This document shows positions 19,636 through 28,162 of a stretch of DNA of 64,000 nucleotides, piece by piece. The stretch covers positions 639-64,638 of the forward strand of contig JAGWRA010000232.1 of NCBI GenBank assembly GCA_028876655.1. The letters run 5' to 3'. The notes under the pieces were generated by a model. It saw nothing but the letters and a program-made list of their open reading frames with translations. It was not told the origin of the DNA and did not search any database. A program made the translations under genes and the position numbers. Source of the DNA: Acidobacteriota bacterium (GTDB lineage Bacteria; Acidobacteriota; Vicinamibacteria; Vicinamibacterales; CAVVIG01). Position 1 is the first letter of the stretch; the number at the start of each line of letters is the position of its first letter.

Positions 19636-20760
19636 ATGCAGGTTCAGGAGCTCAGCGTCAACGAGTTGCGCGCGGCCCTCGAAGAGGGACGTCCGCTCAC
19701 GGTGCTCGACGTCCGACCGACGGCGCAGCGCGCCGAGTGGGCCATCCCGGACAGCCGGCACGTCGACGCGTACGACGAGCTGTGGCGCGGCGAGTCGGCG
19801 GCGCTGTGCGAGGCCGCCGGGCGGCTGCCACGCGACCGGCCGGTCGTGGCGGTCTGCGCCATGGGCCGCACGAGCCTCATCGCCGCCGAGATCCTGCAGC
19901 AGCTCGGCTTCGACGCCTATTCCCTGGCGGGCGGCATGACCGCGTGGAGCGAGGCGTGGAACACGGCCACGGCCACGTTCCCGGGCGACCCGGCCGTCAC
20001 GGTGGTCCAGGTGCGCCGGACCGGCAAGGGTTGCCTGTCCTATGTCGTCGGTTCGGGATCCGAGGCGGTCGTCATCGACCCGTCGGTCGACGCCGGCGTG
20101 TACCTCCACGTGGCGGGCGAGCACGGCTGGCGGATCGTCGCGGTGCTCGACACCCACGTGCACGCCGACCACGTCTCGCGCGCCCGGGCGCTCGCCCAGC
20201 AGGCGGGGGCCGCCCTGTACCTGCCGCCGCAGAACCGGGTGACCTTCGAGTTCCAGCCGCTCGAGGACGGCAGCCCGGTGCGCTTCGGTGGATCGACGCT
20301 GCGCGCGGTGCAGACGGCCGGCCACACCACCGAGAGCATGTCGTACGTCGTGAACGACCAGGCGGTCTTCACCGGCGACACGCTGTTCCTGCAGAGCGTC
20401 GGCCGCCCGGACCTGGTAGCCCCCGGCGACGAGCCGACCCGCCGCGCGCGCATGCTGTTCCGGTCGCTCAAGGATCGGCTGGCCGCGCTGCCCGGATCGA
20501 TGCAGGTCTTCCCGTGTCACACGAGCGAGCCGGTGCCGTTCGACGGCGTGGTGCACGCCGCGCGGCTCGACCGCGTGCTGGCCGGGATTCCGCTGCTGGC
20601 GCTCGACGAGGAGCCGTTCGTGCAGGCCGTGCTCGAGCGGATTCCGCCCACGCCGCCCAATCACGTGCAGATCGTGCGCATCAACGAGGGGAAGTCTCCG
20701 ATGCCCGCCGACATGCGGCCGCTCGAGGCTGGCGCGAACCGCTGCGCGGTCTCGCGTTGA
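19636..20760 (+). CDS. Rhodanese-domain / MBL-fold (ETHE1 persulfide-dioxygenase-like) fusion protein
   Basis: N-terminal rhodanese with active-site loop VCAMGRTS. MBL motif HVHADHVS (HxHxDH). ATG 19636 is preceded by GGAAGGAG. Confidence 0.88.
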   Translation: MQVQELSVNELRAALEEGRPLTVLDVRPTAQRAEWAIPDSRHVDAYDELWRGESAALCEAAGRLPRDRPVVAVCAMGRTSLIAAEILQQLGFDAYSLAGGMTAWSEAWNTATATFPGDPAVTVVQVRRTGKGCLSYVVGSGSEAVVIDPSVDAGVYLHVAGEHGWRIVAVLDTHVHADHVSRARALAQQAGAALYLPPQNRVTFEFQPLEDGSPVRFGGSTLRAVQTAGHTTESMSYVVNDQAVFTGDTLFLQSVGRPDLVAPGDEPTRRARMLFRSLKDRLAALPGSMQVFPCHTSEPVPFDGVVHAARLDRVLAGIPLLALDEEPFVQAVLERIPPTPPNHVQIVRINEGKSPMPADMRPLEAGANRCAVSR

Positions 20761-20761
20761 G

Positions 20762-21100
20762 ATGCCGGCCGCCGGGCCGGGCCCGGCGCCAGGGAGGATC
20801 GTCCGGGGAATGACTGCACGTCTCACTGCGTGGATCGTCGTGCTGATCGTCGCGCTGACCGTGATCGCCGGCCTGATCGCCGGCGCCGAGCGGCAGGACA
20901 CAGGCCGGCCGCCCGGCGTCGTCACCGGCAAGGCGCACGACGGCAGCGGGCCCGCCTGGACCCGGGAGGCCGGCCCGGAGGGCGGCGCCGGCGATCGGAC
21001 GACGCCGAAGACGCCCGGCGTCGCGCCCGGCGGCCCGCAGCCCGTCTCGGCGCCGGCGCCCCGCTACAGCCCGCGGACGCGCTTGCTGAAGGCCTCGTAG
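20762..21100 (+). CDS. Hypothetical membrane-anchored Pro/Gly-rich protein (weak call)
   Basis: One hydrophobic helix (LTAWIVVLIVALTVIAGLIAG) followed by a low-complexity tail. Overlaps the 3' end of the convergent gene by 37 nt. Confidence 0.3.
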   Translation: MPAAGPGPAPGRIVRGMTARLTAWIVVLIVALTVIAGLIAGAERQDTGRPPGVVTGKAHDGSGPAWTREAGPEGGAGDRTTPKTPGVAPGGPQPVSAPAPRYSPRTRLLKAS

Positions 21101-21504
21101 GCGCCCGGGCTGTTCACCTGCATCCACTCGATGTAGGCGCCCGCCACGGTTTCCAGGTTCTTCAGGTACGCCGGGTCGCTGTTCTTCGCCCGCACCGTCG
21201 GCAGCAGGTCGCGGATCCGCTCCCATACGAACAGCAGCTCCCGCCCGCTCTGGAAGAACAGCTGCTGGTTCAGGACACCGGCCGTCAGGAACGACGCGAC
21301 CATCTCCCAGTAGGACGTCACCATCCGGAAGTTCGCGTTCTGATCGGTGCCCGGCGCGCAGAGCGTGTTGTATTCGTCGAAGCTCTTCGCCTTGAAGCTC
21401 GACGCGAACCAGGCGCGCGCCTGGCGCATCCGCTCCTCGCGGCGGGTTTCATACAGGTGCAGCACGAGGTTTACATCGTCGTACGTGGCATGCGTGGTTC
21501 CCAT
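21064..21504 (-). CDS. Conserved hypothetical protein (146 aa, helical)
   Basis: Clean ATG ORF with non-low-complexity composition (YDDVNLVLHLYETRREERMRQARAWF...). No motif I can name with confidence. Confidence 0.65.
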   Translation of the reverse strand: MGTTHATYDDVNLVLHLYETRREERMRQARAWFASSFKAKSFDEYNTLCAPGTDQNANFRMVTSYWEMVASFLTAGVLNQQLFFQSGRELLFVWERIRDLLPTVRAKNSDPAYLKNLETVAGAYIEWMQVNSPGAYEAFSKRVRGL

Positions 21505-21510
21505 GGGGGT

Positions 21511-21596
21511 CGGTCTCCAGTCTTCGGGCTACGGGCTTCGGGATACGGGCTACGGGCGACAGTCTCTGGCTACGGGCTACAGGCCACGGGCTACGG
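21511..21596. repeat. Tandem heptamer array H3 (~12 units, CGGGCTA / CAGTCTC type)
   Basis: CGGTCTC CAGTCTT CGGGCTA CGGGCTT CGGGATA CGGGCTA CGGGCGA CAGTCTC TGGCTAC GGGCTAC AGGCCAC GGGCTAC. Its last unit contains the stop codon of 21591-22679. Confidence 0.85.
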
Positions 21597-22679
21597 TTGG
21601 CTGTCCTCCTTCACGACACCGAGGTCGAGCAGCGAGGCGCCCTTCCAGACCGACGGGACGGCCCGGATGAACATCACGACGCCTGCCGCCGGCGCGCGCA
21701 CCTCCTGGAGGGTCCGGCCGACGAAGTCGGTCACATAGCCGACCCGCATCCCGGAGGCCACGTAGGTGCCGCGCGCCACGAGCGGATAGAAGATCCCGGG
21801 CTGCTCGCCCGACACGGTGAGCACCTTCTCAATCCAGACCGGATGGGCGATCGACCGTGCCGTCCCCGGCAGGATGTGCAGGTACCGCATCACCTGCTCG
21901 CAGCCCCGCACCAGCAGCGCCACATCGTCCGGTTCGACCGTGCCCGAGTGGCCGGCCTCGACGGCGATCGACGGCTTGCCGCGCGTCAGCGCCGTGTTGT
22001 GGAGGTAGCGCGACGCGGCGGGGTCCTTCGGCCAGTCGTCCGCCAGGATGATATGGTCGATGCCGAACGCCAGCACCATCTCGCGCGAGACGCGATCCAC
22101 GTCCGCCCGGCCGGTCGTCACCAGGTAGCTGTACGGCCGCAGGTTCTCGTCGATGTCGCCGCCGTGCAGATCGATGAGATAGTCGCACTGATCGACCACT
22201 TCCTTCGTCATGGCGTACGACGCGCGGTCGGTCTGCGTGCCGTCGGCCTTGCCGGGATAGGAGCCGTTCATGCTCTTGTGATCATACGGATTGACGTGCG
22301 GCACGATCTGCTCGAACGACGGCACGTTCACCAGCGGGACGACGATCACCGAGCCGGACAGGCGGGCGGGGTCCAGCCGTCCGATCAGCTGCTCCAGCGC
22401 GATGATCGACGCATACTCCGTCCCGTGCAGGCCGGCCACCAGGGCCAGGACGGGACCGGGCTTCGCGCCGTTGACGACCACCACCGGGATGTCGAGGGCG
22501 GGATCCGATCCGGCCGGGACGTGAATGACGCCGGTGGCCTTCTCGCCCCGGTGCGCCGTGGCCGTGCCGACGGTCAGGGACTGATGGGCGTCTGGTGCCG
22601 CGCCGGCCTGCGCACGGGCCGCGGCCGGCCAGGCGACCGCCGCCAGCGCGAGGGCGATCACGAATCTGCGGGTGATCAT
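21591..22679 (-). CDS. Succinylglutamate desuccinylase/aspartoacylase (AstE/AspA) family zinc hydrolase, secreted
   Basis: Signal peptide MITRRFVIALALAAVAWPAAARA, GLHGTEYAS and DLHGGD motifs. Start set at ATG 22679 rather than the 509-aa ORF start. Confidence 0.85.
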   Translation of the reverse strand: MITRRFVIALALAAVAWPAAARAQAGAAPDAHQSLTVGTATAHRGEKATGVIHVPAGSDPALDIPVVVVNGAKPGPVLALVAGLHGTEYASIIALEQLIGRLDPARLSGSVIVVPLVNVPSFEQIVPHVNPYDHKSMNGSYPGKADGTQTDRASYAMTKEVVDQCDYLIDLHGGDIDENLRPYSYLVTTGRADVDRVSREMVLAFGIDHIILADDWPKDPAASRYLHNTALTRGKPSIAVEAGHSGTVEPDDVALLVRGCEQVMRYLHILPGTARSIAHPVWIEKVLTVSGEQPGIFYPLVARGTYVASGMRVGYVTDFVGRTLQEVRAPAAGVVMFIRAVPSVWKGASLLDLGVVKEDSQP

Positions 22680-22794
22680 CGGCCTCTGCTCCTCGTTGCG
22701 CCTCGTGGCCGGCCGTGCGCGGGTCGGCCGGCTGCCGCGGCCGGACCGTTTGCCACGGCCGGGCGCGACTGAATATAGTCCTCGGGACGCCATT

Positions 22795-24258
22795 ATGCCT
22801 ACGCACCCGCTGTACATCGACGGCGCGTTCGCCGCCTCGTCCTCCTCCGACACGATACCCGTGCTGAATCCCGCGACACAGGAGGAGGTGGCGCGGGTCC
22901 CCGCCGGCAACGACCAGGACGTGGACGCGGCCGTCCGCGCGGCCCGCCGCGCGTTCGACGAGGGCCCGTGGCCGGAGACGACGGCGCAGGATCGGGGCCG
23001 CATCCTGTTCGCGCTGGCGAACGCCGTGCGGGAGCGGGCGGCCGAGCTGGCCGAGCTCGAGACCCTGCAGAGCGGCAAGCCGATCGTCGAGGCCGAGTTC
23101 GACATCGAGGACGTCGCCACCTGCTTCGAGTACTACGGCGGGCTGGCGACGAAGATTCACGGCGAGGTCGTCCCGGTGCCGGACAAGGCGATGAGCCTGG
23201 CGCTGCGCGAGCCGATCGGCGTGGCGGCGCAGATCGTCCCGTGGAACTATCCGCTGCTGATGGCCACCTGGAAGCTGGCGCCGGCCATCTGCGCCGGCTG
23301 CACGGCCGTGCTGAAGCCGGCCGAGCAGACGCCGCTGACGGCGCTCGCGCTCGCCTCGAGCTTCGCCGATGCCGGCCTCCCGCCGGGCGTCGTGAACATC
23401 GTCACCGGCCGCGGCGAAGGGGCCGGCGCCGCGCTCGTCAGCCATCCCGGCGTCGACAAGATCGCCTTCACGGGCAGCGTCGAGGTCGGCAAAGCGATCA
23501 TGCGCTCGGCCTCCGACTCGCTGAAGAAGCTGTCGCTCGAGCTCGGCGGCAAGTCGCCGAACATCTTCTTCGCCGACGCCGACTTCGAGGCCGCGGTCGA
23601 CGGCGCACTGTTCGGCATCTTCTTCAACCAGGGCGAGGTCTGCTCGGCCGGCAGCCGGATCCTCGTGCAGCGGCCGATCTACGCGAAGTTCGTGGAGGCG
23701 ATGGCCGAAAAGGCGAAGACCATCCGGCTCGGCCCCGGCCTCGACCGCGAGACGAAGATGGGACCGCTCGTCAGCCGCGAGCAGTTCGATCGCGTGCGCC
23801 AGTACCAGGCGATCGGCAAGCGGGAGGCCCGTCTCGTCGCTGGCGGCCACCGGGCGACCGGCGGCGCGCTCGATCGCGGCTGGTTCGTCGAGCCGACGAT
23901 CTTCGCCGACGTCGACAACTCGGCCCGGATCGCGCGCGAGGAGATCTTCGGGCCGGTGGCGTGCGTGATCCCGTTCGACGAAGAAGCCGACGCCATCCGG
24001 ATTGCCAACGACACCTACTACGGGCTGGCGGCGGCGGTCTGGACGCGCGACATCTTCAAGGCGATGCGCGCCGTCAAGGCGCTCCGTGCCGGCATCGTCT
24101 GGGTGAACCACATGCAGCCGACCTACGTGGAGGCGCCGTGGGGCGGCTACAAGCAGAGCGGCTTCGGCCGCGAGCTCGGCCGCTGGGGCGTGGACGAGTA
24201 CCTCCAGACCAAACAGGTCTACATCAACCTCGACGAGCAGCCGGTCGGCTGGTTCTGA
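22795..24258 (+). CDS. NAD(P)-dependent aldehyde dehydrogenase (betaine-aldehyde DH-like)
   Basis: FTGS.EVGK region (KIAFTGSVEVGKAI), catalytic ELGGKSP and FFNQGEVCSAGSR motifs. ATG 22795 (MPTHPLYIDG). Confidence 0.92.
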   Translation: MPTHPLYIDGAFAASSSSDTIPVLNPATQEEVARVPAGNDQDVDAAVRAARRAFDEGPWPETTAQDRGRILFALANAVRERAAELAELETLQSGKPIVEAEFDIEDVATCFEYYGGLATKIHGEVVPVPDKAMSLALREPIGVAAQIVPWNYPLLMATWKLAPAICAGCTAVLKPAEQTPLTALALASSFADAGLPPGVVNIVTGRGEGAGAALVSHPGVDKIAFTGSVEVGKAIMRSASDSLKKLSLELGGKSPNIFFADADFEAAVDGALFGIFFNQGEVCSAGSRILVQRPIYAKFVEAMAEKAKTIRLGPGLDRETKMGPLVSREQFDRVRQYQAIGKREARLVAGGHRATGGALDRGWFVEPTIFADVDNSARIAREEIFGPVACVIPFDEEADAIRIANDTYYGLAAAVWTRDIFKAMRAVKALRAGIVWVNHMQPTYVEAPWGGYKQSGFGRELGRWGVDEYLQTKQVYINLDEQPVGWF

Positions 24259-24295
24259 CGGCGCGCTCGAAGAGCAACCCGGACGCGAGAGGCGG

Positions 24296-25057
24296 ATGGT
24301 GCCCAGGACTCCACGGACGACCGGGACGCGGCGACCGCGCCATGCGGCGCTGGTTCGGGCGACGCACTGGCTGACCGCCCTGTCGTTCCTGGCCCTGCTC
24401 GTCACCGGTGCGGAGATTGTCATCTCCCACCCGCGTTTCTACTGGGGCGAAACCGGCAACGTCAACATGACCCCGGCCTTCTCGCTGCCGATCCCCTCCT
24501 CGCGGGCTTCCGTGCCGACAGGCTACGGCTACGTGCTTCCAGACCAGAACGGCTGGAGCCGCGCGCTGCATTTCGAGGCTGCCTGGCTCGTCGTGTTGAC
24601 GGGACTCGTCTACGTGATCTTCGGATTCGTCAGCGGCCATTTCCGGCGGAACCTGATTCCCGAGCCGTTAGAGCGCGGCCCGGGAAGGCTGGCGGCGGCC
24701 ATCGCGGCGCATCTGCGCTTCACGCGGCCGGGCCGCGAGGACGATGGCGCGTACAACGTCGTGCAGCGCTTGACGTACCTGCTGGTCATCTTCGGGCTGT
24801 TCCCCCTGGTCATCTGGACGGGGCTGGCGATGTCCCTGACATTCGAAGGCGCCTTTCCGGGAGCGGTGATCCTCCTGGGCGGCCGGCAGTCGGCGCGAAC
24901 GCTCCACTTCTTCGTCTCCATCCTCCTCCTGGGGTTTCTGCTGGTCCATGTCCTGATGGTCTATCTCGCGGGGTTCCGCCGGCGGGTGGGCGCAATGATC
25001 ACCGGCCGCCCCGTGGACGCCGTGGAGACTGTTGTGCAGGCCGGGGAGCCACGATGA
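24296..25057 (+). CDS. Membrane b-type cytochrome (cytochrome b561 / Ni-Fe hydrogenase cytochrome-b-like, MsrQ-like partner)
   Basis: About 4 TM helices with conserved His (RATHWLTALSF, ALHFEAAWLV, TLHFFVSILL). Stop overlaps the next start (ATGA 25054-25057). Confidence 0.8.
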   Translation: MVPRTPRTTGTRRPRHAALVRATHWLTALSFLALLVTGAEIVISHPRFYWGETGNVNMTPAFSLPIPSSRASVPTGYGYVLPDQNGWSRALHFEAAWLVVLTGLVYVIFGFVSGHFRRNLIPEPLERGPGRLAAAIAAHLRFTRPGREDDGAYNVVQRLTYLLVIFGLFPLVIWTGLAMSLTFEGAFPGAVILLGGRQSARTLHFFVSILLLGFLLVHVLMVYLAGFRRRVGAMITGRPVDAVETVVQAGEPR

Positions 25058-25815
25058 GCGGAATTTCACGACGGAAGCTGCTGACCACGGGTCTCACGGC
25101 GGTGGCGGGCGTCTCGGGGCTCGCCGCTGCCGCGAAGCTGGCCGGACGCGACGGCTTGATCCCGCCCGACGCCGGCACGCTCTTCGGCGCCGGCGGGACG
25201 TTGACCTATGCTGCGCAGCGAATCCTGATGGGCCACGCTGGAGCGAGGGAGTTCGATCGGCGTCAGATTTCGACGGCGCCCTTCGCCAATCCGGTCGATC
25301 CGCCACTCGACGGGGCCTTCGGGCGCCTCCAGGCCGCCGGATTTGCGGATTGGCGGATTGATGTGGATGGCATGGTCGCGCGTCCCGCGTCATTCTCGCT
25401 GGCGGAACTCCGGAGCTTCCCTCAGCGCACGCAGATCACCGAGGTCGCGTGCGAGGAGGGCTGGTCCTACATCGCCGAATGGACGGGCGTGCCGCTGGCG
25501 CACATCCTGGAACGCGTGGACACGCACCCGCAGGCCCGGTACGTGCTGTACCGTTCCATCCAGAAGGACTGGTGGGACAGCATCGACATGGCGGACGCGC
25601 TGCACCCCCAGACGATCCTCACCCTGGCGATGAACGGGACAGACCTCCCGGTACCGTTCGGCGGCCCCGTCCGCCTGCGCCTTCCCCGGCAACTGGGCTA
25701 CAAGAGCATCAAGTACATCGTGCGACTGACCCTGACCGACGATCTGAAGAAGTTCGGCAGCGGACTGGGTTCGTCAGAGCCGGATTTGGGCTACTCGTGG
25801 TACGCCGGCATCTGA
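25054..25815 (+). CDS. Periplasmic molybdopterin-binding oxidoreductase, sulfite-oxidase fold (YedY/MsrP-like)
   Basis: Tat-type signal SRRKLLTTGLTAVAG...AAA. Oxidoreductase_molyb signature EVACEEGWSYIAEWTGVPL and GGPVRLRLPRQLGYKSIKY. Confidence 0.85.
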   Translation: MSGISRRKLLTTGLTAVAGVSGLAAAAKLAGRDGLIPPDAGTLFGAGGTLTYAAQRILMGHAGAREFDRRQISTAPFANPVDPPLDGAFGRLQAAGFADWRIDVDGMVARPASFSLAELRSFPQRTQITEVACEEGWSYIAEWTGVPLAHILERVDTHPQARYVLYRSIQKDWWDSIDMADALHPQTILTLAMNGTDLPVPFGGPVRLRLPRQLGYKSIKYIVRLTLTDDLKKFGSGLGSSEPDLGYSWYAGI

Positions 25816-25837
25816 CGCCGACGCCCGGCTCGGCGAT

Positions 25838-25859
25838 GGAGCAGCCGGTCGGCTGCTCC
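25838..25859 (+). terminator. GC-rich hairpin after the MsrP-like gene (terminator-like, no U tract)
   Basis: GGAGCAGCC-GGTC-GGCTGCTCC, a perfect 9-bp stem 23 nt after the stop at 25815. Confidence 0.4.
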
Positions 25860-25968
25860 TGACGGCCGGCCGGCCTTCCGCACCGGACCGGTTCTGGAAG
25901 AGAATATCGGTTTGCACGAGAACGTACACTGAGGGTTCGTCGCAGGGGCGCCGGACGGAGGAGACTCG

Positions 25969-26508
25969 ATGACGGGTTACGGTGGCAAGGACATGGCGCG
26001 GTCGTTCCTGACCGTGCGGAACAACACGATTCAGATTGCGGAAGAGATCCCCGAGGACCAGTACGGGTTCCGGGCTGCGCCGGGGACGCACAGCGTCCTG
26101 GAGCTGCTCGCGCACCTGGTCGTCAGCTCGCAGTCGAACTACGACACGCACGCGGTGAAGCAGCTGAAGACCTTCATCGGCCTCGACTTCGCCGCATGGA
26201 TGAAGGAGCGGGCTGCAGAGCAGGCGGCGTTCCGCACGAAGAGCCAGGTGATCGAGGCGCTGAAGGCCGATCGCGATCGCTGGGTGACGTGGCTCGAGGG
26301 CGCCAGCGACGCGGTGCTCTCCGAGCAGGTGACGTTCCCGCCGCACCTGACGCCGCCGGCCAAGACGCGCTTCGAGATGGTCCTGTCGGTGAAGGAGCAC
26401 GAGATGCACCATCGCGGGCAGCTCATGCTCGTCGAGCGCCTGCTCGGCATCGTCCCGCACATGACGCGCCAGCGCGAGGCGGCGATGGCGCAGGCGACGA
26501 AGGCCTGA
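25969..26508 (+). CDS. DinB-family protein
   Basis: DinB His triad context (LLAHLV..., HEMHHRGQLMLVERLLG). Confidence 0.85.
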   Translation: MTGYGGKDMARSFLTVRNNTIQIAEEIPEDQYGFRAAPGTHSVLELLAHLVVSSQSNYDTHAVKQLKTFIGLDFAAWMKERAAEQAAFRTKSQVIEALKADRDRWVTWLEGASDAVLSEQVTFPPHLTPPAKTRFEMVLSVKEHEMHHRGQLMLVERLLGIVPHMTRQREAAMAQATKA

Positions 26509-26509
26509 G

Positions 26510-27268
26510 ATGGCGTCCGCTCCCCGCTTCACGCCGCGCTCGCTGACCTTCCTGCGGGCGCTGAAGCGGCACAACGATCGCGAGTGGTTCCGCGCACGGC
26601 GCGACGAGTACGAGACGCACGTGCGCGGGCCGCTCGTCGCGATCATCGAGCGGCTGGCGGCCGACTTCCGGTCGTTCGCCCCCGAGATGGTCGCCGATCC
26701 GAAGGTGTCCACCTACCGGATCTACCGCGACACGCGCTTCAGCGCCGACAAGTCACCGCTGAAGACGCACGTCGCCGGCATCTTCCCCGACCGCCGGCTC
26801 GGCAAGGGAGCCGGCGCCGCGCTGTACTTCCACGTCGGCCCGGACGAGATGTGGATCGGGGGCGGGCTCTACCACCCCGACACGCCGAAGCTGCACGCCG
26901 TGCGCGAGCACCTGGCCGGGAACTTCTCGCGCTTCCGGACGATCGTGCGGGCACCGGCGTTCCGCCGGACGTTCCAGGACTTGGAGGGCGACCGGATGCA
27001 GCGCGTGCCGCGCGGCTTCCCGGCCGATCACGCCGCGGCGGAGTACTTGAAGCTGCGGGACTTCCTCGTCGGCGTCGATCACCCCGTCCCCTTCGCGACC
27101 GACCCGCGCTTCTACCGGACGCTGGTCGCGACCTTCAGGCAGGCAATCCCGTTCGTGCGGTTCATCAACGAGGCGCTGGTGACAACGAAGGAGCGGCAGG
27201 CGTTCTGGGAGAACGTCGACATTCTTCAGTCCGCGCGGGGCCCCACCCCCGCGCGCAGCCGTCGCTGA
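26510..27268 (+). CDS. DUF2461 (TIGR02453) family protein
   Basis: FLRALKRHNDREWF...YRIYRDTRFSADKSPLKTH matches the family signature. The last 12 codons and the stop lie inside repeat R5. Confidence 0.85.
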   Translation: MASAPRFTPRSLTFLRALKRHNDREWFRARRDEYETHVRGPLVAIIERLAADFRSFAPEMVADPKVSTYRIYRDTRFSADKSPLKTHVAGIFPDRRLGKGAGAALYFHVGPDEMWIGGGLYHPDTPKLHAVREHLAGNFSRFRTIVRAPAFRRTFQDLEGDRMQRVPRGFPADHAAAEYLKLRDFLVGVDHPVPFATDPRFYRTLVATFRQAIPFVRFINEALVTTKERQAFWENVDILQSARGPTPARSRR

Positions 27269-27282
27269 CGCTCCGGAGCTTG
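27230..27282 (+). repeat. REP-like hairpin element, copy R5 (GCGCGGGG variant)
   Basis: TCCGCGCGGGGCCCCACCCCCGCGCGCAGCCGTCGCTGACGCTCCGGAGCTTG. Overlaps the 3' end of the DUF2461 gene. Confidence 0.8.
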
Positions 27283-27329
27283 CCAGGAACGGCACTCGCC
27301 CTGCACCCCCGTTCGACGGCACATGACGT

Positions 27330-28154
27330 TCAGAGCTTCCGCAGCCACTCCCCGTACAGCTCCGGCCGGCGGTGCTGCAGGAAGAGCCGGCGGGCGTGCG
27401 ACTGCTCCACCAGTGACAGATCGAGGTCGGCCTCGAGGATGACGTCCTCCCCGCGTGGCGCGCGGGCGATCACGTGGCCACCCGGGTCGCAGACGAACGA
27501 TTCGCCGGCGAAGGCGATCCGCGGCTCTGCCCCGACCCGGTTGCAGAGCGCGACGAAGTAGCCGTTCTGGAGCGCGGCGACGCGCATCTCCCCTTCGTAC
27601 AACCCTTCAGGCCATTCGCCGGCAGCGCCCGCCTGCGGCACGACGACAACCTCCGCGCCGCCGAGCGCCAGCGCGCGCATGTACTCCGGATAGTGGCGGT
27701 CGTAGCAGATCGCCACGCCGATCCGGCCGGCGCGCGTCTGGAACACCGGCGCGCCGAGGTCGCCCGGCGTGTAGTACCCCTGCTCGTGGAAGCAGGGCGC
27801 GTCGGTGATGTGCACCATGCGCGTCTTCCCGACCAGCGTGCCGTCGGCATCGATGACCGGCGAGCAGTCGTACGTCCGGTCGCCCTCGCGCTCGAACAGG
27901 TTCAGGACGATCGCAACCCCCAGCTCGCGCGCCTTCCGGCAGAAGGCGTCGGTGACGAATCCGGGGACCGGCTCGGCCTTCCCGCGGACGTCGCCGCGCG
28001 CCGGCTCCTGGGGGTAGAACGGCTCGAACGCGAGCTCCGCGAAGCAGACGAGCTCCGCACCGCGGCGTGCGGCCTCCGCGACGGCCTGCAGGCCGCGGGC
28101 CAGGTTGTCGGGCTTGTCGGTGGTGGCGCGCTGCTGGACGAGGGCGATCCGCAT
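27330..28154 (-). CDS. Carbon-nitrogen hydrolase (nitrilase superfamily, N-carbamoylputrescine amidase-like)
   Basis: Glu in CFAELAF and catalytic Cys in VAICYDRHYPE. ATG 28154 (MRIALVQQ). Confidence 0.88.
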   Translation of the reverse strand: MRIALVQQRATTDKPDNLARGLQAVAEAARRGAELVCFAELAFEPFYPQEPARGDVRGKAEPVPGFVTDAFCRKARELGVAIVLNLFEREGDRTYDCSPVIDADGTLVGKTRMVHITDAPCFHEQGYYTPGDLGAPVFQTRAGRIGVAICYDRHYPEYMRALALGGAEVVVVPQAGAAGEWPEGLYEGEMRVAALQNGYFVALCNRVGAEPRIAFAGESFVCDPGGHVIARAPRGEDVILEADLDLSLVEQSHARRLFLQHRRPELYGEWLRKL

Positions 28155-28162
28155 GCCGCTCT

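Noticed and set aside
21591-23120. The long 509-aa version of the AstE/AspA-family ORF. Similar long N-terminal extensions occur at 16820-17506, 18510-19490, 27330-28265, 38408-38920, 40299-41132, 44016-46067, 48500-50950, 50979-51974, 55802-57175 and 58337-59602.
   Set aside because: The extensions are low-complexity, overlap neighbouring genes, and precede internal ATG/GTG starts that have SD sequences, signal peptides or the expected family N-termini. The shorter starts were used.
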